Shown: in pieces, positions 1 to 12,058 of the stretch | Numbering within the stretch: position 1 is the stretch's first letter | Layout: each line of letters begins with the position of its first letter | NCBI GenBank assembly: GCA_043228905.1 | Contig: JBHGNT010000008.1 | Coordinates: 19,778,001-19,842,000 of the forward strand | DNA length: 64,000 nucleotides | Source: Azolla caroliniana | Lineage: Eukaryota; Plantae; Polypodiophyta | Direction: 5' to 3' | The notes under the pieces: model-generated | Databases searched by the model: none | What the model was told of the DNA's origin: nothing | The model's input: only the letters and a program-made list of their open reading frames with translations | Made by a program: the position numbers and the translations under genes

Positions 1-1150
1 GCACCTGGTATGCCGGTTGAAGAAGAGCCTTTACGGACTGAAGCAGGCTCCCCGGCAATGGTACCGGAAGTTCGACTCTTTCATGACCGATGAAGGGTAC
101 CACAAAACGCAGTCCGATCACTGCGTGTTTGTGAAGAAGTTCGAAGGAGGAGACTTTCTAATACTCCTCCTGTACGTGGACGACATGTTGATCGTCGGAC
201 GGGACCAGGTCAAGATACGGATGCTGAAGAAAGCGCTTCACCGAACCTTCTCAATGAAGGACCTGGGTCCGGCGAGGCAAATACTAGGGATGCACATCAT
301 CCGGGACCGGAAGAAGAAGCAGTTGTGGCTGTCACAGGAGAAGTACGTGACAAAGGTGCTTCACCGGTTCAACATGTCGGAAGCAAGACCGGTCGGGTCA
401 ACCCTCCCGACAAACTGCAGGTTGTCCAGCAAGCAAAGCCCCAAGACAAAGGCTGAGAAGGAGGACATGATGAAAGTACCATATGCCTCTGCCGTCGGAA
501 GCTTGATGTACGCAATGGTGTGTACAAGACCGGACATAGGATATGCAGTCGGAGTGGTGAGCCGGTACATGAGCAATCCCGGCAAAGAGCACTGGAACGC
601 GGCCAAGTGGATACTCCGATACCTGAAGGGCACGGCAAACGTGTGCCTCCGATTCGGCTCCGGTAAGCCTGAACTCGACGGCTTTACTGATTCGGATATA
701 TCGGCTGATGCAGATACCAGCCGGTCCACATCAGGGTATGTGATGACGTATCCAGGGGGAGCTGTTTCGTGGCAGTCGAGGCTGCAGAAGACGGTTGCGT
801 TGTCAACCACGGAGGCGGAGTACATGGCGGCTGTTGAAGCCGGCAAGGAAATAATATGGATGAAGGACTTCATTAGAGAGCTCGGTATCCGGCAGGAGGA
901 CTACCGACTCTACTGCGATAGTCAGAGTGCCATCCACCTTGCGAAGAACGTGGCCTATCACTCACGGACGAAGCACATCCAGCGAAGATATCACTGGATC
1001 CGGGAAAGGATAGAAGACCAGGAGTTCGTGCTGACGAAGATCCACACGGACGAGAACGGGTCAGATATGTTGACCAAAGTGCTCACACCCGACAAGCTGG
1101 AAGCGTGCCGGAAGAGGGTCGGACTGGAAAGACATCCCATGCCGAAGTGA
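1..1150 (+). CDS. pol: Ty1/copia (Tork/Tnt1-like) pol C-terminus: reverse transcriptase + RNase H, runs off the window start
   Basis: Open frame with KKSLYGLKQAPRQWY, LLLYVDDML, TRPDIGYAVGVVSRYM, ALSTTEAEY and HSRTKHI motifs; followed directly by a PPT (GAAGGGGGAG, 1149-1158). Confidence 0.95.
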   Translation, partial: HLVCRLKKSLYGLKQAPRQWYRKFDSFMTDEGYHKTQSDHCVFVKKFEGGDFLILLLYVDDMLIVGRDQVKIRMLKKALHRTFSMKDLGPARQILGMHIIRDRKKKQLWLSQEKYVTKVLHRFNMSEARPVGSTLPTNCRLSSKQSPKTKAEKEDMMKVPYASAVGSLMYAMVCTRPDIGYAVGVVSRYMSNPGKEHWNAAKWILRYLKGTANVCLRFGSGKPELDGFTDSDISADADTSRSTSGYVMTYPGGAVSWQSRLQKTVALSTTEAEYMAAVEAGKEIIWMKDFIRELGIRQEDYRLYCDSQSAIHLAKNVAYHSRTKHIQRRYHWIRERIEDQEFVLTKIHTDENGSDMLTKVLTPDKLEACRKRVGLERHPMPK

Positions 1151-1160
1151 AGGGGGAGTT

Positions 1161-1838
1161 TATTGGGATTACGGTCCCTCCGGATGGGATGGTCAGATGT
1201 CCGGGAACCGGATGACGAAGACCCGGTTTCGGAACCGGATGATGAAGACCCGGTTTCGGAACCGGATGATGAAGACCCTGGCTACGGAGCCGGATGACGA
1301 AGACCCGGTTTCGGAACCGGATGATGAAGACCCCGGCTACGGAGCCGGATGACGAATGTACCCGGAGAGAGATCCGGATGCGGGGACATATTTGTGAATA
1401 TGTTTGCCAAGGGCCCTCGAGGCTATATTTGTAAATAGCCCGAAAGTCATATGTGTATAAATATGACTTAGGGCAAACAGTTTTGAGTTGTTGCTCATTT
1501 TCTGTTTTCCACTTAGAGGGAGCGAAGTGAGAGCAGCCGAGAGAGAGAGAGAGAGAGAGAGAAAGGAAGAGGTCGACGCCTCTGTGTAATACTGCCGCCT
1601 GTGGCGAGGACAGCGAGCTCAAGGTCGTCGCCTTGCAGCTCGCCATTGTACATTCCCTGCGTATAGTGATAGTTGGAGTCTTGCACTCCCATGGTTTTTC
1701 CCGTCTAGGGTTTTCCACGCTAAACCCTGTGCATTCGAGTCTCTCTCTGTGTTTTTGATTTACTTCTGCATTGATTCGTGTTTCCTCAGTTGTGGCCGAG
1801 AGGTGAAGGTTTTTTTTGAAAGCGTCCATTTCCTAACA
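1161..1838 (+). mobile_element. 3' LTR of the copia element
   Basis: Starts right after the PPT (TATTGGGA, probably from TGTTGGGA) and ends TCCTAACA. Contains a TATA box (~1455), a (GA)n tract and the Tork-type GGTTTTTCCC..GGGTTTTCCAC motif. Confidence 0.8.
1204..1356. repeat. 27-28 bp tandem repeat in U3 of the copia LTR (about 5.5 copies)
   Basis: Unit GGAACCGGATGA(C/T)GAAGACCCGGTTTC with a ...CC(C/T)GGCTACGGAG variant. Confidence 0.9.
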
Positions 1839-2560
1839 AAAATTTCGTCCCATATTATGCACATTTAGTATTTGTGGAACCCTATCCATAAGAGCTACTT
1901 GTAGCATGTCACAAACCATATGTCTATTGGGTCTACCACCCAGTAGCTTACAAAGGAACAAGCATTTCTTTAATCTTTCAATCTCCACATTCAGAATTTT
2001 GCTTTCATCCTCGGACATAAAAACCTCTAGTAACTTAGAGCTCTCCTTCATGTCCATTTCCTTATCATGACCCCATCGCGGGCATGCATTATGCGCCTAA
2101 TCACATTCCTGCAAAAGATTTTCTAATTGTAGCATGTCCTTCGTGGCTTCCAACTTTGCAGCACCATTCAACCCCTGTGATGATCCGCCTAACGGGCCCC
2201 GTTACCTACCCTCACCCATCACTCTCCCCTAGTTTTTTGTTTCCCAACCTCTTTATTCCAAACCTCCGTCACTCCCCACACTCTCAAATCCTTTGTGCAT
2301 TCAATTGTAAAGATAGTTACTGCCTTGCTGCTAAGATGAGCCTTATCCTCCTCTTCCATCCAACCCATCTTGTTTGACAAAATGACCGATTCCTTACATA
2401 TCCCCATATCTCAACCAATAATGTGTTGCCCTGCTTCTTTCAACATATCATCTACTTTCCTACGCCCCTCATTTGCAACATGATGCTTCTCCCTATCCCT
2501 GTTCCTACCTTTCAATGTGTACCTTGATTCCACCGCCCTTACGTCGGGCACCCTTGCCAC
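1839..2560 (-). pseudogene. Probable LINE ORF1 (DUF4283-like) remnant, cut by the copia LTR and by element A; continues at about 12573-12740
   Basis: Minus-strand peptide EIERLKKCLFLCKLLGGRPNRHMV...ILNVHNMGRNF resembles the N-terminal region of plant L1 ORF1; the TSD of element A joins the two flanks. Confidence 0.45.
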
Positions 2561-3027
2561 TGTTACCCAGCCGGCAAGAAGGCTTAAGGAGGTCCAAACT
2601 AGAGTGTGAAAGGAATAGTTTATTCGGGAACTATTGTAATTAGTAGTCTTAATATATATTAATATATGAGAAGATGTGGACAAACGGACCGGAATCGGTA
2701 TGCCGATCCGGATCCGGACCGATCCTGAAAAGGTGCCGGTTGGCACCGTTTTGTACTTCGCACCGGAGACCTATATAAAGGCCCGGTTACAATGTAATCG
2801 ACAACGGATAATTAATAGAACTTATTGCCTTATTCTTTCAGTATTGATTACCGTTCTGTACTCATTGCTATATGTTACGCGTGTTAATGATGTGTTGCTA
2901 AGTAACCGATTAAGGTCTAATTAAGTGTTTTGTCGTAAGTCATCTTGTCGTAACACCCTTTGGTGAAGTGTCTTAAGTGGACACCCTGCGTTAGGCTGTT
3001 GTTCGGCCCTAGGATTAACACAGTTTT

Positions 3028-3037
3028 TGGCGACCAC
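3028..3037 (+). promoter_or_regulatory. Primer-binding site of element A (tRNA-Arg type, probably UCG)
   Basis: TGGCGACCAC lies 7 nt after the 5' LTR and is complementary to a tRNA ending ...GTGGTCGCCA; the tRNA assignment is recalled, not searched. Confidence 0.65.
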
Positions 3038-3599
3038 GATTCCTGCACAATCGCAGTGAACAGCGGCGGGAATGGATGACTAGGCCAACGCACAACCCGA
3101 TTATGGAGAGAGCACGAAGACTTGCTGAACGACGAAGGCGGCGAGAGGCTTTCCAGCAAGCAGCGGAAGAAATCCGATCGGATCGATCATTTTCCAAAGT
3201 GATCCGGAAAATAGCGGAGGAGTAGCTCCGTCTGCAACAAAACGCCTACCCGGACGAAGGAAGCAACTTAAGCAGTCTCCGGGAAGCGGAATCCCTTCTG
3301 CAGGCCTTGGCCGGAAGAGACGGCGAATCCGAAGCATTTTCAGCCCTGGAATTGGATTCAGAAGGGGGTTACAGCGTGCACACGAACTATCGCAGCAATA
3401 ACGACACCTCAGGAGGACCGGAGGACGAGGAGTCGGATACAGTACCGACACCGGAACCAGAGTTGGCAGACCGGAAACCTCCGGCACTAGACGTGGAGCA
3501 ACCCCCGGAGACGACAAAAGACAAAGAAAGACCTTTGACACTGGAAGTCGAGCCGGCAACACCAAAGGAAGACCGGCAAAGACCTCCGACACTAACGAA

Positions 3600-6500
3600 A
3601 CATCAGGAAAGACCACCGACACCGCCAACCCTCGTACCGACACCGGAAAACGACATGTCGTTCCTGTACTCCAAGTATAGGGATGACCCGGATGTGGAGG
3701 CTCATGTTCACGCGTTTCAACAAACATGGGAGGCGAACCATGTGTCACAACGGTTAACCACGGCTGAAGAGGAACGATCGAAGATAGCCGAATTCGGCGT
3801 GACATTGGAAGGACAGGCCGCCAGATGGCACCGGACGTAGGACCCCAACACCATCACCACCTTTGCGGACCTGAAAGATAAATTCTTGCACTTCTATTAG
3901 AAGGAGGTGAACCAAAGCGAAATGGTGGGCCTATTTTATACCATCCGGAAGGACCCCGGGGAGAGCATTCCGCAGTTAGTCGTCCAGTTTCAACGGATGC
4001 ATAGTCAGCTTACCCGCGCACCTCCGGAAGAAGAAACACAGGCGATACTCTTAGCCGTGCTCCGGGAACCTCTATGAACGGTATGCATGATCATCGACTT
4101 TCGCACAAGCACCGTCAACCAGGTCATCGACCGGGTTAGAGAAATGGAGAAAACGAGCTCTTGGCTAATAATGGGAGCCCTCCAACGAGCGTTACCGACC
4201 AATGAGGATTTTCGATTCCGGCAAGCAATCCAATGCACGACCTGCTCGAATTCCGGACACTCAGCACTGGAGTGCACCATGCCGACGCACTGCTTACTCA
4301 GCCAATCTCAAAGCCACACGATGGATCGGTGCGAATATAACTTATTGAATCGGCAAGCACCACCAGTCCGGCAAATCGAGCCACATAGCAGCCGAGACGA
4401 AGAAGACGAACGCTGCCGGCGAGAGGAGCAATATCGACCGACACAGGATGTCCGGTACGACGATCGGCGAGACAACTATGACCGGTACGAGCGATATGAC
4501 AGGTATCGAGATTACAATGGACGGTACGAGCATTACAACCGGGTTCACTCCCCCGGGTATCACCAACGACGGGAAGATTACAGGAGATATGACGACCAAC
4601 ACCGTCAAGGGTACCGCAACAAAAAGAACTTTACTAAAAAATGGCATTTCAAAAAAGGGAGCCACCCACGTGAACCGGAAAAAGGCGCCTCAAGCAGCCA
4701 ACCGGACCAGAGCCCCGCGGTTACCACAGGTCCTCCACCGGGTACAGGAAACAATGCCGAATCCAGCAATACCCGGAAAGCATATTGCTATTATTGCCGG
4801 CAAGAAGGACATTATAGTAATCAATGTCCGGCAAAGAGCTATGACAAGCGCCCGACAGTAAGCATGGTAGTCGCCGAAGTCACAGACCTATAGCAGGTTA
4901 CCACAAGGTTGAAGGGCAAGACGACGGAATGGGAGACATAAGAGGCCATCCGGAAGTAGGCAACGGAATGGATGAAATAGGAAAATGAGTGAAACATAGC
5001 AGAACTAGCACAACAAAAGGAGATTACCGAAGAGCTCGCCAAAGGCAGTCAGACCGAAAATGCGACATGGCAGGCCTTGCACGAGTGCCAAATCACCCTG
5101 CCATTAGGACGGCTCTAGCAACTAGTGCCCAGATTCACAGAAGGACTCAAGACAGGCATGACGACAGGAGAAACACCACTGGCACCAACATTCTTCTCAA
5201 ATCTGAAGGAAGGACCGGCGGTGGTAGACACAAACAGTCCGGTGATCACAGCCATCGTGAAGGGAAAGGAGTTACCCGGAACAGTAATAGATGAAGGATC
5301 CGGCATCAATGTGATTAGCCTCCGAACATGCACAACCTTGTGAATCCAAGAGTGGGAACCATGCCCGTTCTGGCTACGGATGGCGGATACAAGCTCAGTG
5401 CGACCGACCGGCTTGATACGAGATTTGGAAGTAACAATCGGTGGCCACACATTTCGCATCTCGACAGTAGTGCTACAATTACAGGCACAAGGAGCGTACC
5501 CGCTATTGTTGGGATGGCCGTGGCTAAAAACGGCGCACATTAAACAAAATTGGAGGAAGAATATAATCACCTTCCGGCGGGGAAAAAAGTACGAGTACCG
5601 ACACAACCACGGACGGGTACCGGGAAGGAATTGACACCCCTATATGCCAAATGTGTCAATATGCTGGACGGATTAGCAGACGAAGAGGTGGATCAATACT
5701 TGCAAGATAATCCGAAGATTGTACCTCTGTTCGAAATCGACGTAGTTGAAGCCGTATCACCATACATACTGCCACCGGACAGAGCGGACGAAGAACCAAA
5801 TAAAGAAGTGATCCGGGAGCTACGGCAAGCACAAGAAGCGCTGGAAAGAGAAATGGCCGTATCACAACGGGTTAAAGCATCTAGGAACTACGGAAGAGCC
5901 GAGACCGGTGTAGATAGCCAGGGAAATGACTACGGAGAACAGAACGGCGATGATTACACTTCTCAAAGAGTTTTGGGACGTGTTTGCCTGGTCCTACGAG
6001 GATATGAGAGGGCTCAATCCTCAGCTATATCAACATCAGATACATTTGAGCAAAGACGCCAAACCGGTAGCATAGCGACGGTACCGGATGAATCCAAACT
6101 ACGCCGCCAAAGTTGAGGAAATTGATAAGTTGCTGAGAGTTGGCTTTATCTGTCCCGTAAAGAAATCGACATGGCTGAGCCCGATAGTAGTCGTACCGAA
6201 GAAAAACGACAAAATTAGAGTATGTGTCGACTACCGGAAGCTTAATGCGGCGACGATAACTGATGCATTTCCACTTCCATTTACGGATGGAGTTTTGGAC
6301 GCAGTCGTCGGCCATGAGGTATACAGTTTTTTAGACGGATTCAACGGATACAACCAGATCCGGATGCACCCCGATGACCAGGAGAAAACGGCTTTCGTCA
6401 CTGAATGGGGAGTGTTTGTTGCCATAATGATGATGTTCGGACTAAAAACGGCGCCGGCAACGTTCCAGAGGATCATCATGGAAAAATTCGGAGAATTCAT

Positions 6501-8640
6501 ACCGGCATTCATGCAGGTGTTCCTAGAAGACTTCGTTGTTTATAGCTAGGAAGGAGACCACCTTCAGCACCTCCAACTGTGTCTAGAAAAGTGTAGGTCT
6601 TACCGGCTAAGCCTAAATCCGGTGAAGTGTGTATTCGGCGTGTCCAGCAGAACACTACTGGGGCACATTGTGCGCAAGGAGGGCATCATCGTGGATCCGG
6701 ACAAAGTAAAAGCGATCCTGGAGGCACCGGCACCAACAACGGCGAAATCCATTGGCATAGCCGAATGCTCTGGTATTTGGCGGACCTAGCTACACCACTG
6801 CATGCTGCGGTACACAGAACACCGTTCCTGTGGACCAACACTGAAGACAAGGCGTACCAGGCACTCAAAGTTCTATTGTCGCAAGCGCCGGTAGTGCAAC
6901 CCCCGGATTGGGCGAAAGAATTTCATGTGTTCGTGGATGCGTCCGACATTGCAATCGGGAGTGCGCTGATGCAACTTACGGAGCCAAGATGGTACCGGCC
7001 TGTATATTACGCAAGCCGGAAGTTATCCCAACCCGAATGAAATTATTCCACCACGGAAAGGGAAGCTTTAGGCATGATCTACAGCGTAACAAAATTCAGG
7101 CATTATTTATTGGGAAGGAAGTTTTCCTTCCATGTAGATCATTTGGCACTCCTCTAACTAGTGTCCAAAGCGTCACTTACCGGTAAGTTGCCCCGGTGGA
7201 CATTGCTATTACAGGAATTTGAATTCGAGATATTCCACCGACCCGGCATACAGCATGCGGTAGCAGATTATTTAAGCCGGTTAGATTCTGGCGAAACCGG
7301 CGACGGGGTACCGAACGAATTTCTGGATGCTGAGCTATTTCGAGTCACCGCGGAAACGGTAATAGATGCATCGGTGGCACCAGAAGATAAGTGGCTAACA
7401 AATATGGACCAGATTGCCTCCGAAGGAGATGAACCGGGACGAGAGGAAACGCCTGGCGGTACAAAGCCGGCAGTTCTGTTTATTACGGGACACGCTATAC
7501 CACAAAGGTGCGGACGGTATATGGTGACGAGTGGTGCGCAGCAACGAGAAAGAGGTTATACTACGGGAAGCACACTACGAAGTCGCCGGAGGCCATTATG
7601 CTGGGGATGCTACGGCAAGGAAGATATAGCAAAGTGGCCTATGCTGGCCGACTACATTGAAAGACGCAATTCGGTACGCAAAAGAGTGTGATCTATGCCA
7701 GCCAATGGGCCAGCCAACGAAACAAGCTAGGATGTTGCACCGGCCAGTACTACTGCTAGAACCATTTCAAAAATGGGGACTGGATTTTGTCGGACCATTT
7801 AAACCACCGGCAATGAGAACTGGCAACCGGTATGTGATCGTCGCGACAGACTATTGCACTAAATGGGTGGAAGCCAAAGCCCTGTGAGACAATACCGCGG
7901 CGTCGACGGCAAAATTCTTATACGAATACATTTGGTGCCGGTACGGATGCCCCATAGAGCTGATTAGCGACCAAGGAGGGCACTTTCTTGGACAAGTAGT
8001 GGAGAGCTTGACATCATTCTATGCGGTACATAAACGGAGCACCCTGTACTACCCACAAGCCAATGGATTAGTTGAGTCAACAAACAAAACGCTACGGAAT
8101 ATCCTACGCAAGATCGTCAATGAAAATCGGACAGATTGGGACACGAAGCTGCACAGTGCGCTCTGGGCTTACCGGACAACGTACAAAACAAGCATCCGAA
8201 CAACGCCGTTCCGGTTAGCATTCAGATTAGAGGCAGTCATGCCGGTCGAATTCCAGGTACCGAGCTTACGGATTCAAATTCGGGAACGACTCAATGAAAA
8301 GGAATCGGAGGCAATTCGGTTAAAGGCTCTGTGTGAACTAGAAGAACACCGATTGGCGAGCATCATGCACCTAGAATTGGAACAACGGTGATGGAAAGCG
8401 TTTGTAGATCGGCACCGGAAGGGAAATGAAAAGATGTTCGAAATTGGCAAGCCGGTACTCGTGTTGCAGACCCGGATGGGTAAAATGCTAGGCAAACTAC
8501 GGTTTAGATGAACCGAACCGTACTGGATCACACGCGGGTTCAATGGTTCTTACCAGTTAGGGACACTGGCCGACGAGGTGCTGGGTAAATGGGTCAACGG
8601 ATTTAGACTAAAGCCATACAAAGGACCTATGCCCAAGAAC
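3600..8640 (+). pseudogene. gag-pol: gag-pol of element A (stops and frameshifts); boundaries approximate
   Basis: Gag (HVHAFQQTWE, LEGQAARW); CCHC knuckles (CTTCSNSGHSALEC, CYYCRQEGHYSNQC); PR VIDEGSGINVI; RT WLSPIVVVPKK..RVCVDYRKLN..FLDGFNGYNQI; RH FHVFVDASD..YYASRKL; [33 protein letters not shown]. Confidence 0.92.
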
Positions 8641-9265
8641 CCATTTGAACGAAGGGCCGCCACCGAATCAGACGCCGGCAGGCCAACCACGACGGCAACC
8701 CATGAGGAAAACGGCTACCACCAAGCCGGTAAGGAGGAGCACGAGCCAGCAACCGGGGTAAGCAAAACGATGGCAAACCGTCAAGAGGCGGGTAAGGTGC
8801 ACGTTTCGGGTAAGGTGCGCGTTTCGGGTAAGGGTCCGACAAGACCGGAGAAAAATTAACCACACAATTAATATTACCAAAAAAAAAAAAAAAAAAAAGC
8901 GAATCAAAGAAATCATGGAAAGGAGTGGTGGAAACGGCCATGCAAACGAGGACTAAAGAGGCACGTCGAAAAGGTACGAGGAGGCTATGAATTGGACATT
9001 AAACCACCGCCACATGGCACGCAATGCTATTATAGTACACGACCTGCATATGCGGAGGCTCCAAAAAGGCGCCAAGATGCAGAGAGAAAAACCCCCACGC
9101 ATCGAGACCTTCTCCTTTTGCGAACCAAGGAGAACAGACGTAGACAGACGCGTGAAGATCAATCAAAGAGAGTTCGCGCACAGAGAACCCCCTCACTCAG
9201 AACTTTCTCTCTCACACTCTCCTCACCATCAAACCTCGCCAACACTCTCCGACCTTGACACAGAG

Positions 9266-12058
9266 ATGGACTGCCAAACACTGTTTGAAGCCGCCAAGAA
9301 ATGGCTACGGCAACACGGACTGGAGGGTTTCTTGATGGTCATGGAGCCGGCGCCACACAAGGAGGCCGAAAAGATTATCAAAGAAATCTACACAAAGGTG
9401 ATCACGGAGGAGGCAATCCGTGCGTTAACAGGCCTTCTGGAGGGGGGCATCTACACGATCAACAATCCTACCTTCGAGCAGCTCATCAAATATTTCGGTG
9501 AGTATTCTCTCGCCAGCAAAGGCTACAGGACACAGGGCGGCAAAGACATGTTATTCCGCGAAATTGCCCATGTACTCCATGAGTTCAGCCACGTATACCC
9601 TCCACCCCCCGTTATGCCTCAGAACTGAGCAGGCTTGATTATCGCAACGTACGAAGGGGTCAAGTTGGATTGGCCAGTGCTGATCGCCGACGGGTTGTGT
9701 ACGACTATTGATATCGTAAGAGGAAAGGACGGCAAGGAAGGCCGGAAAATATGGCATGCGGTGACACAATGGCTCACCCTATTGGCGCCACTGGTCGAGC
9801 CCGTCCAGACCAAGAAGCGGGGAAGAGCAACGGACGGCACCCCGAAACTTGCTTCGAAACGGCAACAACTGTTGGCCTCCAAGGCCACTAAGGGGAAGAC
9901 GGCCGACACAGAGAAGGCGGCAAAGGAGCGCGCCAGCCGGTAGCGGCCGACGGACACACATGAGGAGACACTGGCATGGCCCCTAAAGAGCCCACTCCAC
10001 CGACCGGTGCAACAAGAAACGGACACCCTGGCGGCAAGAATGAATGCCGAGACTCAGGCGGAGGAAGAACCCATGGAGCACCTCCAGCGGCGGCCCGTGA
10101 AGAGCACCGCTGAATCAGTCGGGAAGCGTTCAGACCCACAGAAGGATGGAATGACCGCAACCCACATTGAGCATCCCACGCCAAGGGAGGGACCGGAACC
10201 GGTTCGGATGGAACCGGTCACAAAAGTCCCTGCACAACAGGCAGCACCGACAAACCCTGTAACTCAAGAGCCGGTTATACAAAGGCCAACCTCCTCAGCC
10301 AACCAAGAACAAGCAGACTAGGGGCGGTTAGCCGAATCACACCAAGAGCCGGAACGACAAAGTGGTCAGCAGGTAGAACCAGAAGTGCAGCTCGACGCAG
10401 TAAGGCGGGACCAGCCACCGGCAAGTGAACCCATCAGCCAACCCGTTGTGCAGACGCAACAACAGTGCACCGGCAGCCAATGGCTCCGGTGGATAGGAGA
10501 ACCAATTGCCGGAGTAGTCCAATGCATAGAGGCGGAAGAAAGAGCGCAAACGGAACAGTTGCATGTCACAACCGATGAACTGGAGACGGCCCGGTCAAGG
10601 ATCCGGTGCCTCGAACAATACTTGGATCGGATTACCGAAGACATGGCCAAAATGGCCGTAACCACAACGTAGATCCAAGCACCGGTGCCTCCGGTGGATG
10701 TACATATGAATAAGACCCCGGAGACGGAAACTGTCCCGGAGAAAGATGCGGCGCAAGCCCAAGAGCTTGCCGAATTAAGAGACGAGTTGGCCGCATAAGA
10801 AGCATTACGGAGCCACAAACGCGACTTGAAGAAGGCGGCCGAAGAAGAATTAAAGAAGACTGTTGAGAACCTCCGCCGGGTAGAGGAAAACCTGCATAAA
10901 GGACATCACGCGTACGACCGGCTAAAGGAGGAAAAAGAGAAATTGTTGCAGGAGAATGACAAGCTGCGACGGATGGCGGAGACAGAAATCGAAAGGCTGA
11001 AGGAAGAATTCCGTCAATAGAAGGACCGGGAGGACCGCGCGCGCCGGTAGATCAACCAAAGGCTGAAGCAGAAGACCAATGATTTTGATCATCTGCACCG
11101 GAACTACAAGCAGCTGGAGACGGAGTATAAGCAACAGCAGGAAAGGCTGGCCGAGCTTCGACAAGAAGTTGATAGGGCCACAACGGCACTCGCCAACGAA
11201 CGAGCGGAGAATTCAAAGCTATTGGAGGAAGCGGCGATGGACCGGATGGAGCTCCACAAGCAGAACCATCAAGAAAAGGAAACAACGACAATGGTGTTAC
11301 AGAGGTTGCAAACAACCTATCAAAGTCAATTGTCACATTATAGGGAGCAAGAGGCGGACACGGTCAGAATCATCAAGCAATTTAAAGAGGAGCGACAAGC
11401 CACGGAGAGCAAATCACGGATGGGAACTGACCGGATCCAGTGCATCCTCCGGTCATGGCTCACCAAGACCAAAAGCTTGATTGACGAGAGCTCTGTGCGA
11501 TGGTGGACGAAATGGGCGCAGAATACGGCGTAACTCCAATTGCTCAGGGAGGACGTGGAAAACCGGTGGAAGGAGGGTGACAACTGTTATACGCTGACAT
11601 CGAAGGACTTCACCGCCATAAGGGATGAGCTGGCCAAAGATTTCACAGCCCTGGCGGATGAATAATTGGTGCAGGTCCGTCAGCTCGTAGCTCAACTTGG
11701 CGACGATCGGCTGGAGGCTCAAATCCAGTTTGAAAGCTATGAGCGGTCCCGGCTTCAGGAAGAAAAAGCGAGGAAGGCAGCAACGATCAACCTTAGTGAT
11801 GAGGAACCGTCGCCGGTACAAGGATCAAACGGGGACTAGGCCAGGGTCAGTCAGCCAGAGACAACTCCGACGGAGGAACCAACGAAGGAAACACCGGTGC
11901 CAGAGTGACAAACGGAGCCGCAACCCCAAACGGAGAAGGCACAAATGGAGCAGCCAGAGACACAAACGGAACAGCAGCCACAGCAGCAACAACAAATTCC
12001 CGATGAGCCATTGGAAATCCTAGAGCAAAGCATTCTGGACATTTTGGACGAAGCGTAA
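9266..12058 (+). pseudogene. Extra 3' ORF of element A (about 930 codons; globular N-terminus, P/E/T/Q-rich linker, long coiled coil)
   Basis: ORF-track fragments at 8987, 9635, 10007, 10385, 10826 and 11222 and the final ...ILDILDEA* (stop at 12058) all share one frame, broken only by point stops. Confidence 0.75.

Noticed and set aside
361-873. Antisense ORFs over RT/RH (also 3101-3805, 26895-27410, 49356-49772)
   Set aside because: Shadow frames of retroelement coding sequence.
1083-1829. 248-aa minus-strand ORF with HHPVPKPGL repeats
   Set aside because: Translation of the LTR and its 27-bp tandem repeat.
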